Below, one piece after another: positions 33,527-45,028 of a stretch of 64,000 nt of DNA (positions within the stretch are counted from its first letter, which is position 1; every line of letters starts with the position of its first letter). The DNA is taken from assembly GCA_010909165.1 (NCBI GenBank), contig MU008175.1, positions 597,305 through 661,304 on the forward strand, read 5' to 3'. Position numbers and translations under genes: made by a program. Under the pieces are notes generated by a model. That model saw only the letters and a list, made by a program, of their open reading frames with translations. It searched no databases and was not told the DNA's origin. The DNA is from Anthoceros angustus. Its lineage: Eukaryota; Plantae; Anthocerotophyta.

Positions 33527-35864
33527 CTTGCTGACAGCACTCAAACACCAAGATTTGTACAGTCACGATTCAACACCTCTCTCCAACATCCTTCAACTTC
33601 CCCTTCCGCTTGCAATTCGCTTCCTCTTCCCTTCCCCCTTCCCCTTCCACTTCCAGTCCAATCTCATCAAATTCCGCACTCCACTTCCTGCCTCCTTCCG
33701 AGCCCGCTCTTCCCGCACCTGGCCGCGTCCTAGACGAACGCGCTCGAGCTCCCACTAGTATCCCAGCGCGCCGCCTCAGAGCCCGGGACACTGCGCACTA
33801 ATATCCGGGCGGCGTCGCTTTGAGGCCCCGCTGAGGGAGAGTGCGGCGAATGCGGTCGGGCCGAGCTCACATCACCTCTGCGCGTGCAGGGCGCAATTCC
33901 GCGCAAGCCCGCCACTTCTTTCCTTCCTCCAACCAAGCTTGACCACTTCCCTCCTCCGCTTCCGTCTGCCACCAATAACGCTTCCGCTTAATACCTCCTC
34001 AAATGCACCTACTTATTATGCCCGGGCCTTTCCCGATATTTTATTCTTTCCCCTCGCCAGGTCGCGACTCCTCGGAGCGCGAAATACCCATATCGTATGC
34101 AAATCTTGCGTAAATGCCGCTGGCCGTCTCATCACCGCCAAAGCTGTCGGCCTTCCGCGCGCTCCGGTTATCAATGCCTATTAGTAAATTTCTGATTAAC
34201 GAATAAACAAGGTATGTGAAGAGGCAAGTGGAAGGATGGACAAGAAGGATTCACTCAAAAATTCCATCCTCTCACCACACGCTTGTATCGACAAAACCAA
34301 TGCACATACATACATAATACAAGAGTACCGACTTTGACTGTCATGGGTGGCGCACTTGGGGGGGTGAATTCCAGTCAACCGGAAGCTACATGGAGGGATG
34401 GTCTTTTGCGGTGGCCTATGGAATTCTTCTTCTTCTGCTACTGGACTAGATGCGGAAAAGGAGCAGAAAGCAAGATTTCTTGTGCTGAGGTCTTTTTTAA
34501 AGGAGAAGGGGCCTGCTTGCAGCTTACGCATGTATGTAAGTGGAGGGTGGGGCCTGGTCCCGGAGCCCCACCATCCAGTTGCATGGCATCCTCATCGTCT
34601 CTCCGAGGTGGCCCACAAATGATGCGGGCAGGATACACATCTCCTCAAGGGAGACTTTTTCAGGCCGATTCTTTGCGATCTGCCTTGGCAGCCGGGAAAC
34701 GACTTCGCGCTTTGGACAGTCGCGTTGCTGCGTTTTTATTAATGGTGTACAACCCACCAGACTAGTCCCAGATTCCTGCTCAGATGCCATCGTTGATCGT
34801 CCATGCTGAAATAACCCATCACCCAGATGGCGTGGGTTCCTGGTCCGGCGGCGTGTCCTCCTCTGAGCCCATGTCAGCTTTTGGGAATGGCATGACATGG
34901 ATATGCCCTCTGCAACTAACGTCCAAGCTGGGTGCCTGGAATAGATGAGGGGGAAGATTAGGTCTGACATTGGGTTCATAATGCATGGCGGATCTGGCAT
35001 GGTGAGCTTTGCTTCCAAGCTTTGACAGGGCAGCATGATTGGAATTCGGTCCTAATAGGAACAGTAAGAGGGTGGGAATCGCGAAGGTGTGAAATGTGAA
35101 CTAGCTAAAGTGTCTGCCAATGACACTGTGACACAATACCGACAAATTTATGGGTGGCGGTGTACTGACTGGTCCGTCCCAAAGCTTTTTGCAGTGAATG
35201 TGTCAGCAACTCCGGGACAAAACAACATTCGGAACACTCCCGCAATCTACCGGCTTGCCATCTTTTCCAGGTAAAAGGAATGAGTAAAGTAGGCAGATTG
35301 TTGCTGTAGGACTCACCAGGAGTCGAGGGTCGGGGCCAAGTTCTCTGTATACACTCTACGTGGCGGTGTGAAGTTCACTACATCTGGACATATTGGAGGA
35401 AGGCAGTCGAGGCTAGGTTGGGGAGCCGTCATTGAAAGGCAGCTTTCTCACATCTGCAGTCGGTCGGTGTTGTCAACACATGACCCAGTTCGGTGTCGAG
35501 CTAAGTGAAGTGACGTGGCCTAGCGTTCTGCATACACGTCCACAGCAGTGTTCTTTTACTAGTGTAGCCTTTACTCCAATGGCTAAAACTGAACAACTCC
35601 TGCAAGGATTTTTTGTTCTCCATCCAAGCTTCACTGTTGGGGGTAAGCACCCCATCCCAACAGGTATTCACCCCAAGGCGGCTTGACTTATGAGGTCGTG
35701 TGAGAACTCACGCACGCATGTCCCAAGTTCTCGCTGGTATAAGGCCGCTGGATTGTTGGTTGTTCAACTTCAACTTCGTTGACAAAATATATCACACTTA
35801 AAAGAACTAGCTGGAGGGAGTTGGGTGACCTACCCAAGGGACAACCAAGGGTATTTACAATGAT

Positions 35865-35952
35865 GGCCCTTTAGTGGGTTGTCCCCTTTTCGGTTTGAGG
35901 TTTTCCCATCTCTTCTTTTCAATAAAACTTTCATTCATTAAAAAAAACAAAG
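35865..35952 (+). mobile_element. Short retroposon copy C, 5'-truncated, with AATAAA, A-tail and TSD
   Basis: Flanks tttacaatgat (35854-35864) and tttacaatcat (35953-35963). Confidence 0.72.
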
Positions 35953-36270
35953 TTTACAATCATTGTTTAGTGACCAAAACTCTTCTTGGCCTTCTTCCTC
36001 CGGGTGCTTAGTTCAAGAGTTGTGAGCATATAGGGCAAGCTGAAGTTCCCACTCTTCTGGCTACTTAACCTTCTTCCAACATTATGAGCCTTATGAGCTG
36101 AAGGAAAAATTGAAGAAGGAGAAATTGCCTGCTTTTAAGGCTGCTCGTGCCTTAGAACAGGTGGCCTTTTTTCATGGTGATCAGTTGGTTCCTCGACCTC
36201 TTAGTGACCTTTTTGATTGATTATCTCGATTACCTTCTTGTTTACATCACACACTGTGACCATCCCTCTA

Positions 36271-36815
36271 CAGTCCACCCCCCCTAATTGGGACTGGTTC
36301 GGAGTGCCTTTAGAGGTCCCATTAAGGGAGGTGTCCCGACTATATTTTCCCTATTTAATAATAATAAAAATAATTATAAAATTGAAAAAAAAATTCAAAA
36401 AAATACCGAAAAAGAGAAAAGTTTAAATTTTGATCGATAGATTTCACTAAAAATAATTTTTACCACTTCTCTATATAGTTGTTTGAAAGCTAGCACTTTC
36501 TCTAAGCAACATCAAAAAACCTCTAGCTATCATATAGGAAAAAGCTTAGTTTAAGAGTCTTCAATCACACCTAAAAGTATATTATGCTCTGAAATAATCG
36601 ATTCCTTTTTCTTTCTTTTTTTTAATTTTTTTGTTAAAAAATAAAAAATCCTATTTAGGGAGGTGAAACTAACATGAATGTATATTTCAAAAGGTCTCAA
36701 TTACTATTTAGGAAAAAGTTTTATTTATTACATTGTAAACTAAAGGGAGTAGGATGGGAGGTCCCATTTAGAGAGGAATCCCATTTATAGAGTCCCCAAT
36801 TAGGGGGGCGGACTG
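36271..36815. mobile_element. Tc1/mariner-type MITE
   Basis: ~25-bp TIRs cagtccaccccccctaattgggact / agtccccaattaggggggcggactg; TA on both sides; AT-rich non-coding interior. Confidence 0.88.
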
Positions 36816-37487
36816 TAGTTCAGACGTAAGTATATGCATTCAATTTTTCACCTCTTTGTATGCTGGATTGTCCCTTGATGGTGGTTCCATCCTTAGTAGA
36901 CAGAAATTAAATTGTCAATGTTGTTGTTCTTGTAGTTTGGTGATGAGGATTTCTGAACGCGGGTGACCTGGGTTCCATCCCGGCAGCGGCGTACGCACGG
37001 GTCAGTAGTGGCGTTAAAATTTTCATTCTTACAACGAAACAGAGTAACTCTTTCTTGAGTCGTGAAACCCGACCAACCCCTTGCTTTGACACGTTAAGCA
37101 TTATGAACCCTTTGCTTTGCCATCTTGCGGCACTGGCAGGCGGATGAATTAGTCGACGATCTCCAACATTTTTCCGCTTTATCCTAACACTTTGCCATCA
37201 AATAAAAACATTCCAGTAAGACAGACCCAGACCGATCCTTTCCTCTGCCCTGTGATTGGATCACGGAGATGCCTTTTGAAAAACAATCGAGTCAATGCGC
37301 TTCCTCCTGCCTGTTCTGACTTCTGCTGACCGCTGTCTCGGGGCCTACCCATTTTGATTGCATCCAGATTCTGTGGCTATGGAGTCGTGGACTGGGCAAT
37401 CGCGTGCTTCTCGCGTCTCGACCATTCTTTCTCCTTGTCCTATCATCTGAACTTGTAGCTTTCAGGGCGATGTGGTGGTGAAACGGG

Positions 37488-39466
37488 ATGGGCCGAGGCT
37501 GGCGTGCTTGCTGCCCGGAGGCAGGACTGCTGGCCCTCATCCTCTTGGGCTCCGTGCTGGCTGTGAGTTCCCAAGCATGTCTCAAGGACTTCAAGGCCTC
37601 CATTACGGACCCACAAAAAAAATTGCTCCCGTTGTCAGAATCACCGAGTTCCTGCAATTGGACTGGAGTCACATGTCGACACCCCGAGGCCAGTGATGTC
37701 TCCCAGGTAGATCTATCACAGCTCGGGCTTCAAGGGGAGCTCCGGCTTGATCTTCTCAAAGCTTGTGACGGTCTCTCCATCATTGACCTCTCCGGCAACT
37801 CGTTTTCAGGCTCCATTCCTGATGACTTGGCTACGGCATTCCCTAACCTTGTGTCTCTCGACTTGTCCGACAACAATATCCAGGGGGGGATACCAGCTGA
37901 CATTGTGATGTGCCAGTATCTGAACACGCTGGCTTTGGACAGGAATCAATTGGTGGGCACCATCCCTCCAGAACTCGGGGATCTTCCGAGGCTCCGTACT
38001 TTGAATTTGTCTTACAACAGACTTGAGGGGATCATTCCGGCCACTCTGCTCAATCGTTCCGATTTCCTTGATGGCACACCAATGTCCTACCCTGAGGACG
38101 CCTTCATCGGAAATGCAGGTCTTACTGTTCCTTCTGCTTATTGCAAAATGTTTTCTCGCACGGCCTGTGAGAATGGAAGCAAGTCTATTAAGATGTGGCT
38201 GGTGGCTGCCCTTATCCCGAGCTCCCTGGTGCTGTGCTTGGTGGTGCTGCTTGTCTGCGTGGTACTATGGAAGCGAAGTCCAGGGAAACCTGCAAAGTTG
38301 AGCGGACCAGAGTCCGCGAAGCTCATACAGTTTACAGCAGTGTCCCCCATGGAAAACAGGGGCACAGAGCCAGTCCGGATTCTGTCTAAGAGGCTGGGCA
38401 GTCGGCGAGGATTGATAGTCGAGGACCTCTGGACTGCCACAGCCAACTTCAGCAAGGAGCATGAGGTCGGGTCTGGGCCCTTCAGTAAGGTGTACAAGGC
38501 AGAGCTGCCAGATGGGAAGGTGGTAGCTATCAAGTGGCTCAACTTGGAGAACAAAGGTGACCCCGAAATTATCTTGCCACGCTTCTCGAAGGCGGTGGGA
38601 GCTATCAGCCACTTCCGCCACCCAAATCTGGTTAGAACGCTTGGATATGTTGCGAAGGCGGATATGATGTTGCTGATCCTGGACTACATGCCACAGGGAA
38701 GCCTTGAAATGCTCCTGCATGGGAGTCCACAGTTGCAGCACATGGTGTATGACTGTCAGCTCAGTTGGGATGAAAGATACGGCATTGCTCTGGGAGTGGC
38801 CATGGGATTGAAGTACCTGCACCAAGAGAGTCCAAGGCCTTTGGTGCACTCTGACCTTAATCCCAGCAACATCTTGCTGGACTCTGACTTGGTGGCGCAT
38901 GTTTCCCCATTGGGCGTAGCAAAGCTGGTGTCAGAGAGTGCTGGGTCCAACGCCTCTTACTGGACCATAGGCTACACTGCTCCAGGTATTGGACTCCTCT
39001 ACGCCACCTGTTGCCCATTTCTTCTTTTCTTGTTTGAGGTTTAAGACTTGACTTTGTGTCTATGTGTGGGGCAGAAAACGTGTTCTCCATGACTGGCTCT
39101 CCGAAGGCTGATGTGTACAGCTTCGGCATCCTCCTCCTTGAGCTCATCACCAGACAGAGGCCTACAAGCTCCTTGTTCGGGGATGGAGTAACCATGTCCC
39201 AGTGGGTGAAGGATGCTCTGGCTAAGCAGAATTTGCTGAGCATCCTGGATCCAACACTTGCGCGCAGCTGGAACTTCAACGATGCTCAACTGCGGGAAAT
39301 GAGCTTGGTGTGCAGACTCGGCTTGTCGTGTTCCCAAGAGGCCCCATCAGCAAGGCCGGACATGAAAGCCGTGGTTCACATGCTACAACAACGTGGGAAA
39401 AACAGGGAGAAGCTCTCCTCCAAAGTGGCTGCTGTGGAGGAGATCCTTGAAGTGCTGGTAGAGTGA
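37488..39466 (+). CDS. LRR receptor-like kinase 1 with 5 LRRs, probable pseudokinase (exons 37488-38985, 39075-39466)
   Basis: Signal peptide, LRRNT (CNWTGVTC), LRRs, TM and kinase with VAIK; HSDLNPSN, and SPLG where SDFG is expected; intron after GYTAP. Confidence 0.92.
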
Positions 39467-39790
39467 GAACTCGTCTCTGTATGCTCTTCGACCAGCAGCC
39501 ATCAATCTTGATCTACGGGAAACTAGGATACTATCTGCCTCTCCTCCAAAGTGGCTGCCGTGGAGAAGATCCTTGAAGTGCTGGTAGAGTGAGAACTCGT
39601 CTCTGTATGCTCTTCGACCAGCAGCCATCAATCTTGATCTACGGGAAACTAGGATACTATCTGCCTCTCCTCCAAAGTGGCTGCTGTGGAGAAGATCCTT
39701 GAAGTGCTGGTAGAGTGAGAACTCGTCTCTGTATGCTCTTCGACCAGCAGCCATCAATCTTGATCTACGGAAACTAGGATACTATCTGCC
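39413..39790 (+). repeat. 126-bp tandem repeat x3 spanning the RLK1 stop codon
   Basis: ctctcctccaaagtggctgc...ggatactatctgc starts at 39413, 39539 and 39665. Confidence 0.92.
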
Positions 39791-40067
39791 CAGGAGGCTC
39801 TCAAACTGGAAATGTAAACAGATCAGTACCTCAAAGTCCGCAGATCTGCAAATCTACAGACCATCGCTCCCCTGGAGAGTCAGATTCGCACCTTCACAAA
39901 TCCACGCATCCATCCCCGAATGGAAGAGGGTAATATGATTCATACCATCTCACTCTCGCCCATGAGCGCAGTCACGGTTGAGCGGATTGCCCGGTACGCT
40001 TCCTCAAGTCTTTTGCTGGACAGGTTCAAGTAGGGGAGCCTTGGAAGAACCCCGAGTGTTAGAGATT

Positions 40068-41186
40068 CAACGCCTCTTACTGGACCATAGGCTACACTGC
40101 TCCAGGTATTGGACTCCTCTACGCCACCTGTTGCCCATTTCTTCTTTTCTTGTTTGAGGTTTAAGACTTGACTTTGTGTCTATGTGTGGGCAGAAAACGT
40201 GTTCTCCATGACTGGCTCTCCGAAGGCTGATGTGTACAGCTTCGGCATCCTCCTCCTTGAGCTCATCACCAGACAGAGGCCTACAAGCTCCTTGTTCGGG
40301 GATGGAGTAACCATGTCCCAGTGGGTGAAGGATGCTCTGGCTAAGCAGAATTTGCTGAGCATCCTGGATCCAACACTTGCGCGCAGCTGGAACTTCAACG
40401 ATGCTCAACTGCGGGAAATGAGCTTGGTGTGCAGACTCGGCTTGTCGTGTTCCCAAGAGGCCCCATCAGCAAGGCCGGACATGAAAGCCGTGGTTCACAT
40501 GCTACAACAACGTGGGAAAACAGGGAGAAGCTCTCCAAAGTGGCTGCTGTGGAGGAGATCCTTGAAGTGCTGGTAGAGTGAGAACTCGTCTCTGTATGCT
40601 CTTCGACCAGCAGCCATCAATCTTGATCTACGGGAAACTAGGATACTATCTGCCTCTCCTCCAAAGTGGCTGCCGTGGAGAAGATCCTTGAAGTGCTGGT
40701 AGAGTGAGAACTCGTCTCTGTATGCTCTTCACCAGCAGCCATCAATCTTGATCTACGGGAAACTAGGATACTATCTGCCTCTCCTCCAAAGTGGCTGCTG
40801 TGGAGAAGATCCTTGAAGTGCTGGTAGAGTGAGAACTCGTCTCTGTATGCTCTTCGACCAGCAGCCATCAATCTTGATCTACGGGAAACTAGGATACTAT
40901 CTGCCCAGGAGGCTCTCAAACTGGAAATGTAAACAGATCAGTACCTCAAAGTCCGCAGATCTGCAAATCTACAGACCATCGCTCCCCTGGAGAGTCAGAT
41001 TCGCACCTTCACAAATCCACGCATCCATCCCCGAATGGAAGAGGGTAATATGATTCATACCATCTCACTCTCGCCCATGAGCGCAGTCACGGTTGAGCGG
41101 ATTGCCCGGTACGCTTCCTCAAGTCTTTTGCTGGACAGGTTCAAGTAGGGGAGCCTTGGAAGAACCCCGAGAGTGTTAGAGATTCA
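40068..41186 (+). repeat. Tandem duplicate of 38948-40070 (RLK1 3' end and flank)
   Basis: Near-identical apart from small deletions; no promoter or 5' exon. Either a fragment or an artefact. Confidence 0.88.
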
Positions 41187-44100
41187 ATCCTCTGCTACTT
41201 ACTCTAGTATAGTAGGATATACTAGGATATTGCACTCTCGTGACCGGGCTTACCTCCTCGATAGTTGCCCCGCCTAAGGGCTATATATGTAGCACCCTGT
41301 GCACCATATTGACTGGTAATGTGGAGCCTATCTAAGCTAGTGGTGCTTTTGTGTGTGCCATCCATTGCCTCCGCGTTCCGCTAACCGTGTTGATCCCGTA
41401 TGCTGCATCGTGCCGTGTCCGAGCTAGTTCTTCATGGTATCGGGCGGGAACACTAATTGCGAGACTTGATAAGAGAGGAGGAGTTGTGATGGCGATGGGC
41501 TCAGAACCACCGCGCCTTGAGGGCGCGGTGTTTGATGGAGCGGAGTTCCATGTATGGAAAAAGGTCCATGAAGGTTACTGATGGCAAAAGGATGCGTATG
41601 GCATTGCAGGGCAAAAAGCGAAACCGAAGATGAGGGAGAGAGCAGAGAATGGATGCGGAGAGACCACAAGGGTACTCCTATATGAATCTCTCGGCGGTCA
41701 GTGAAGGTCGGAGAACCAGACAAGGGCACGGAGTACATTTGGAATCTTCTCAATGAGAAATATGGTCAGAAGGGAGCAGGTGAAGTGTTTCACTTGTTTT
41801 GTCGTGTGACATTGAAGTATTCGAGAGGCGATTTGCGGCACATCGACACCTTTCACGAACTGTTTACAGCGCTAGCATCAGCTAACGAGCGCTTTGCTAT
41901 CCAGGAGGACATAAAGAAGATGTTTCTATATCGTTCTATGCCCGAAGCTTGGTCAGGGTTCATAGATTTCCTAATAGCCCAAGACACTCTCACATGGGAG
42001 GAGGTCACCTCTAAGATGTTGGCGAAGGAGACTCGCCAGTTGGACGCAATGGCGGGATCTTCAACAGTCCGGAGCATGCGATGTTCATCAAGGGAAGGGA
42101 CGGAACAAGAACAAGGACAAGGTGGGGAGTCCTCGTGAGATGTAAGGACAAGAGAATAGTGAAGAGGGAGTCAAATGCTTCAAGTATGGTCATTATGAGA
42201 AGGATTGCAAGGATCGGAAGACCGCACATCTCACGGAGGGTGAGAGTAAAGGTGAGGTTGCGGAGGCAACGTGTATAGTATCGCACGCGTACACAAGCGA
42301 AATGATACACGGCGATAGATTACGCATGTACATCCTTTATGGTGAAGGATAAGGAGCTCCTTCAAGACTACGGAGGGAGAAGGCAGTGCGCCTAGGGAAC
42401 GATAGCAGATAGGCGTCGAGGTGTGGGGAGTACAGCTCGATTGCTCGGCGAGGTCAAGGCAATGGAAGGAGGTTGTTTTGTACCGAACCTACATAGAAAT
42501 CTCATGTCTGTGGCACCATTGACCGATGCAGGTCTGCAGGTCCTTTTTACGAAGAAGGAAGTTTTGTTTCTGAAGAATGGTCGGATGCAGCGATGTGGTG
42601 GCAAAAGGCCACCGTCTGACTGTGCGGATGGAGGTTCCCGACGACCAAGAGGTTACGGCGATGTCGGAGAAAGGTGGAAATGCCTTCGTGGCATAGACGG
42701 TTTGGGCATACCAACTTGAAGTTTCTCCTGGAGATGGAGCGGAAGAAGCTCGTGGCGGGCATGGAGCTCGGAAGGCAGTACGTATGGCGCTTGTATGAAA
42801 GGCAAGCATCCCTAAAGGACTTATGTTTCAATCACGAAGAGAGCAAAAGAAGTCTTGGAACTTGTCCACTCTGATCTTTGCGGACCAATGCAAGTGGAAG
42901 CAAGGATGATACAAAGTAGATACTATATTTCGCTTATCGTTTACATAAGCAGGAGAATACGTGTACTTCTGCGGAAGAAGAGTGGCGCTCTCAAGCATTT
43001 CGGATGTTCGAGCATGCGGAGAAACAAACCGGAAAGAAGTTGAAGAAACTTCGAACTGATGGGGGAGGAGAGTATTTGAGTAAACTCTTCAAGGATGAAT
43101 GCACAGCGGCCGGAATTGAGAGGCAATTGACGACAAGGTACACGCTACAATAGGCAGGGATCGCCGAACGGAAGAATCGTACCATCTGCAATGGCGCTAG
43201 GAGTATGCTAGCGGAAAGCAAGATGCCAAAATATTTTTGGGCAGATGCAGTGGCAGCAGCGGTAAACGTACAGAATCTGTCAATTACCATGGCGCTAGAT
43301 GGCTATGACACCCCATGAAGCTTGGTTTGGTGAGAAACCAAATGTCTCACACTTGAGAGTGTTTGGTCACAGAGCATATGCATGTTCCTAAGCAACTGCG
43401 GAAGAAGTTGGACGACAGAAGCATCAAGTGCAGCTTCATTGGTTATGCGAATGAGCGAAAGGCTTACAGATTGTGGGATCCCGTCAGCAAGCAGATGCAT
43501 GAAAGTTCTGATGTCGTGTTCGATGAGAACAATATTGGAAGTCATGCGGAGAGCACGGCTGTTTACACGGACCTCGACTCTGAGTTTATCCAGGACACCT
43601 TCCTTGTCCCAGATCCACCAATGACAGCAGAAGAGGATCACCACACACCGGAGGGTGATGGTGAGGACATCCCAGCAGGTGAGGTCGTACCACCTATTGT
43701 TCCGCAGGAATTCTCGGAGGAGGAAACTCAGAAGGAGCATAACAGCAGCAGCAAGTTGAGGAGTTAGTTCCAGCATTGGAGGATGCAGAGGACGAATCAA
43801 TAGCAGCTATTCCGAGATGGTCGACAAGGGTCCGACAGCCTTCGTGGAAGGTCCTCGAGAATGCCCAGCTCAACATGGTGAGCGGACTAGAATGGTGTTT
43901 TCTTCTCGAAGATGATATCCCGCTCACAATTGAGGAAGCACAAAACGGACCTGAAGGTGAGTTCTGGAATGAAACTATTCGTACTGAGTATAATTCGATG
44001 CTCGAAAACAACGTTTGGACGTTGGTTGATTTGCCATCCGGGAGAAAAGCCATCGACTGCAAGTGGACTTTCAAGAAGAAGTACAATGCTGACGGATCTC

Positions 44101-45028
44101 TGGAAAGGCATAAGGCAAGACTAGTGACTTGCGGTTTCACTCAGGTGAAAGGGCTGGACTACGAGGAGACCTTCTCCCCGGTAGTTCGCATGAACAGCTT
44201 GCGAAGCGGATTCTCCGGTATCTTCAAGGCACCATCCCTTACGGTGTTACCTATGATGGAAATGGCTTTGCAACAGATCTTCAGGCTTACACTGATGCCA
44301 GTTGGGGCACCAATAAGGATTCCCGATCTACCACATGATGTTGTTACATGCTATGTGGTGGAGCCGTCGAATGGCTCAGCAAGAAACAATCGGTTGTCGC
44401 ACGCTCCTTGGCTGAGGCCGAATACATTGCCCTATCCATAGGGGGAGCCGATATCTCATGGTTCAAACAACTTCTTGCAGATATTGGCATTGTCATGGGG
44501 AAACCCATCCAAGTTTTTGTTGACAACACGAGCTCAATTGCTCTGGCTCATCGACCCGGTTTTCACTCTCGGACTAAGCACATTCCCATACACTTTCATT
44601 ATGTGCGCGATTTAGTTGACAAAGGCGTGATTCAGATCTCATACCTCCGAACCGGGGAGATAGTGGCGGACATCTTCACCAAGGCGCTCAGCGGCGCAAA
44701 GTTTGCACATTTTCGTTCGGATCTTGGCGTCGGTAAGTAGCTTTAGCTTGAAGAGGAGTGTAAGAGATTCAATCCTCTGCTACTTACTCTAGTATAGTAG
44801 GATATACTAGGATATTGCACTCTCGAGACTAGGGCTTACCTCCTCGATAGTTGCCCCGCCTAAGGGCTATATATGTAGCACCCTGTGCACCATATTGACT
44901 GGTAATGTGGAGCCTATCTAAGCCAGTGGTGTTATTGTGTGTGCCATCCATTGCTTCCGCTTGTGTCTGCTAACTGTGTTGATCCTGTGTGTTGCCAAGG
45001 CTGTGCTATGTCTGAGCAGGTTCTTACA
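41174..45028 (+). mobile_element. Ty1/Copia LTR retrotransposon with an internal RT deletion
   Basis: LTRs 41174-41434 and 44759-45028 (TG...CA); TSD gagag; PBS tggtatc at 41435; PPT gaagaggag; gag, WHRRFGH, ELVHSDLCGPM, RT start (CKWTFKKK..KARLV..DYEETFSPV) and RNase H (ADIFTKAL). Confidence 0.95.

Noticed and set aside
34200-35700. Several 60-170-aa ORFs
   Set aside because: No recognisable domains and no consistent exon chain could be built.
40184-40576. A third kinase gene
   Set aside because: Only the duplicated last exon of RLK1, frameshifted and possibly artefactual.
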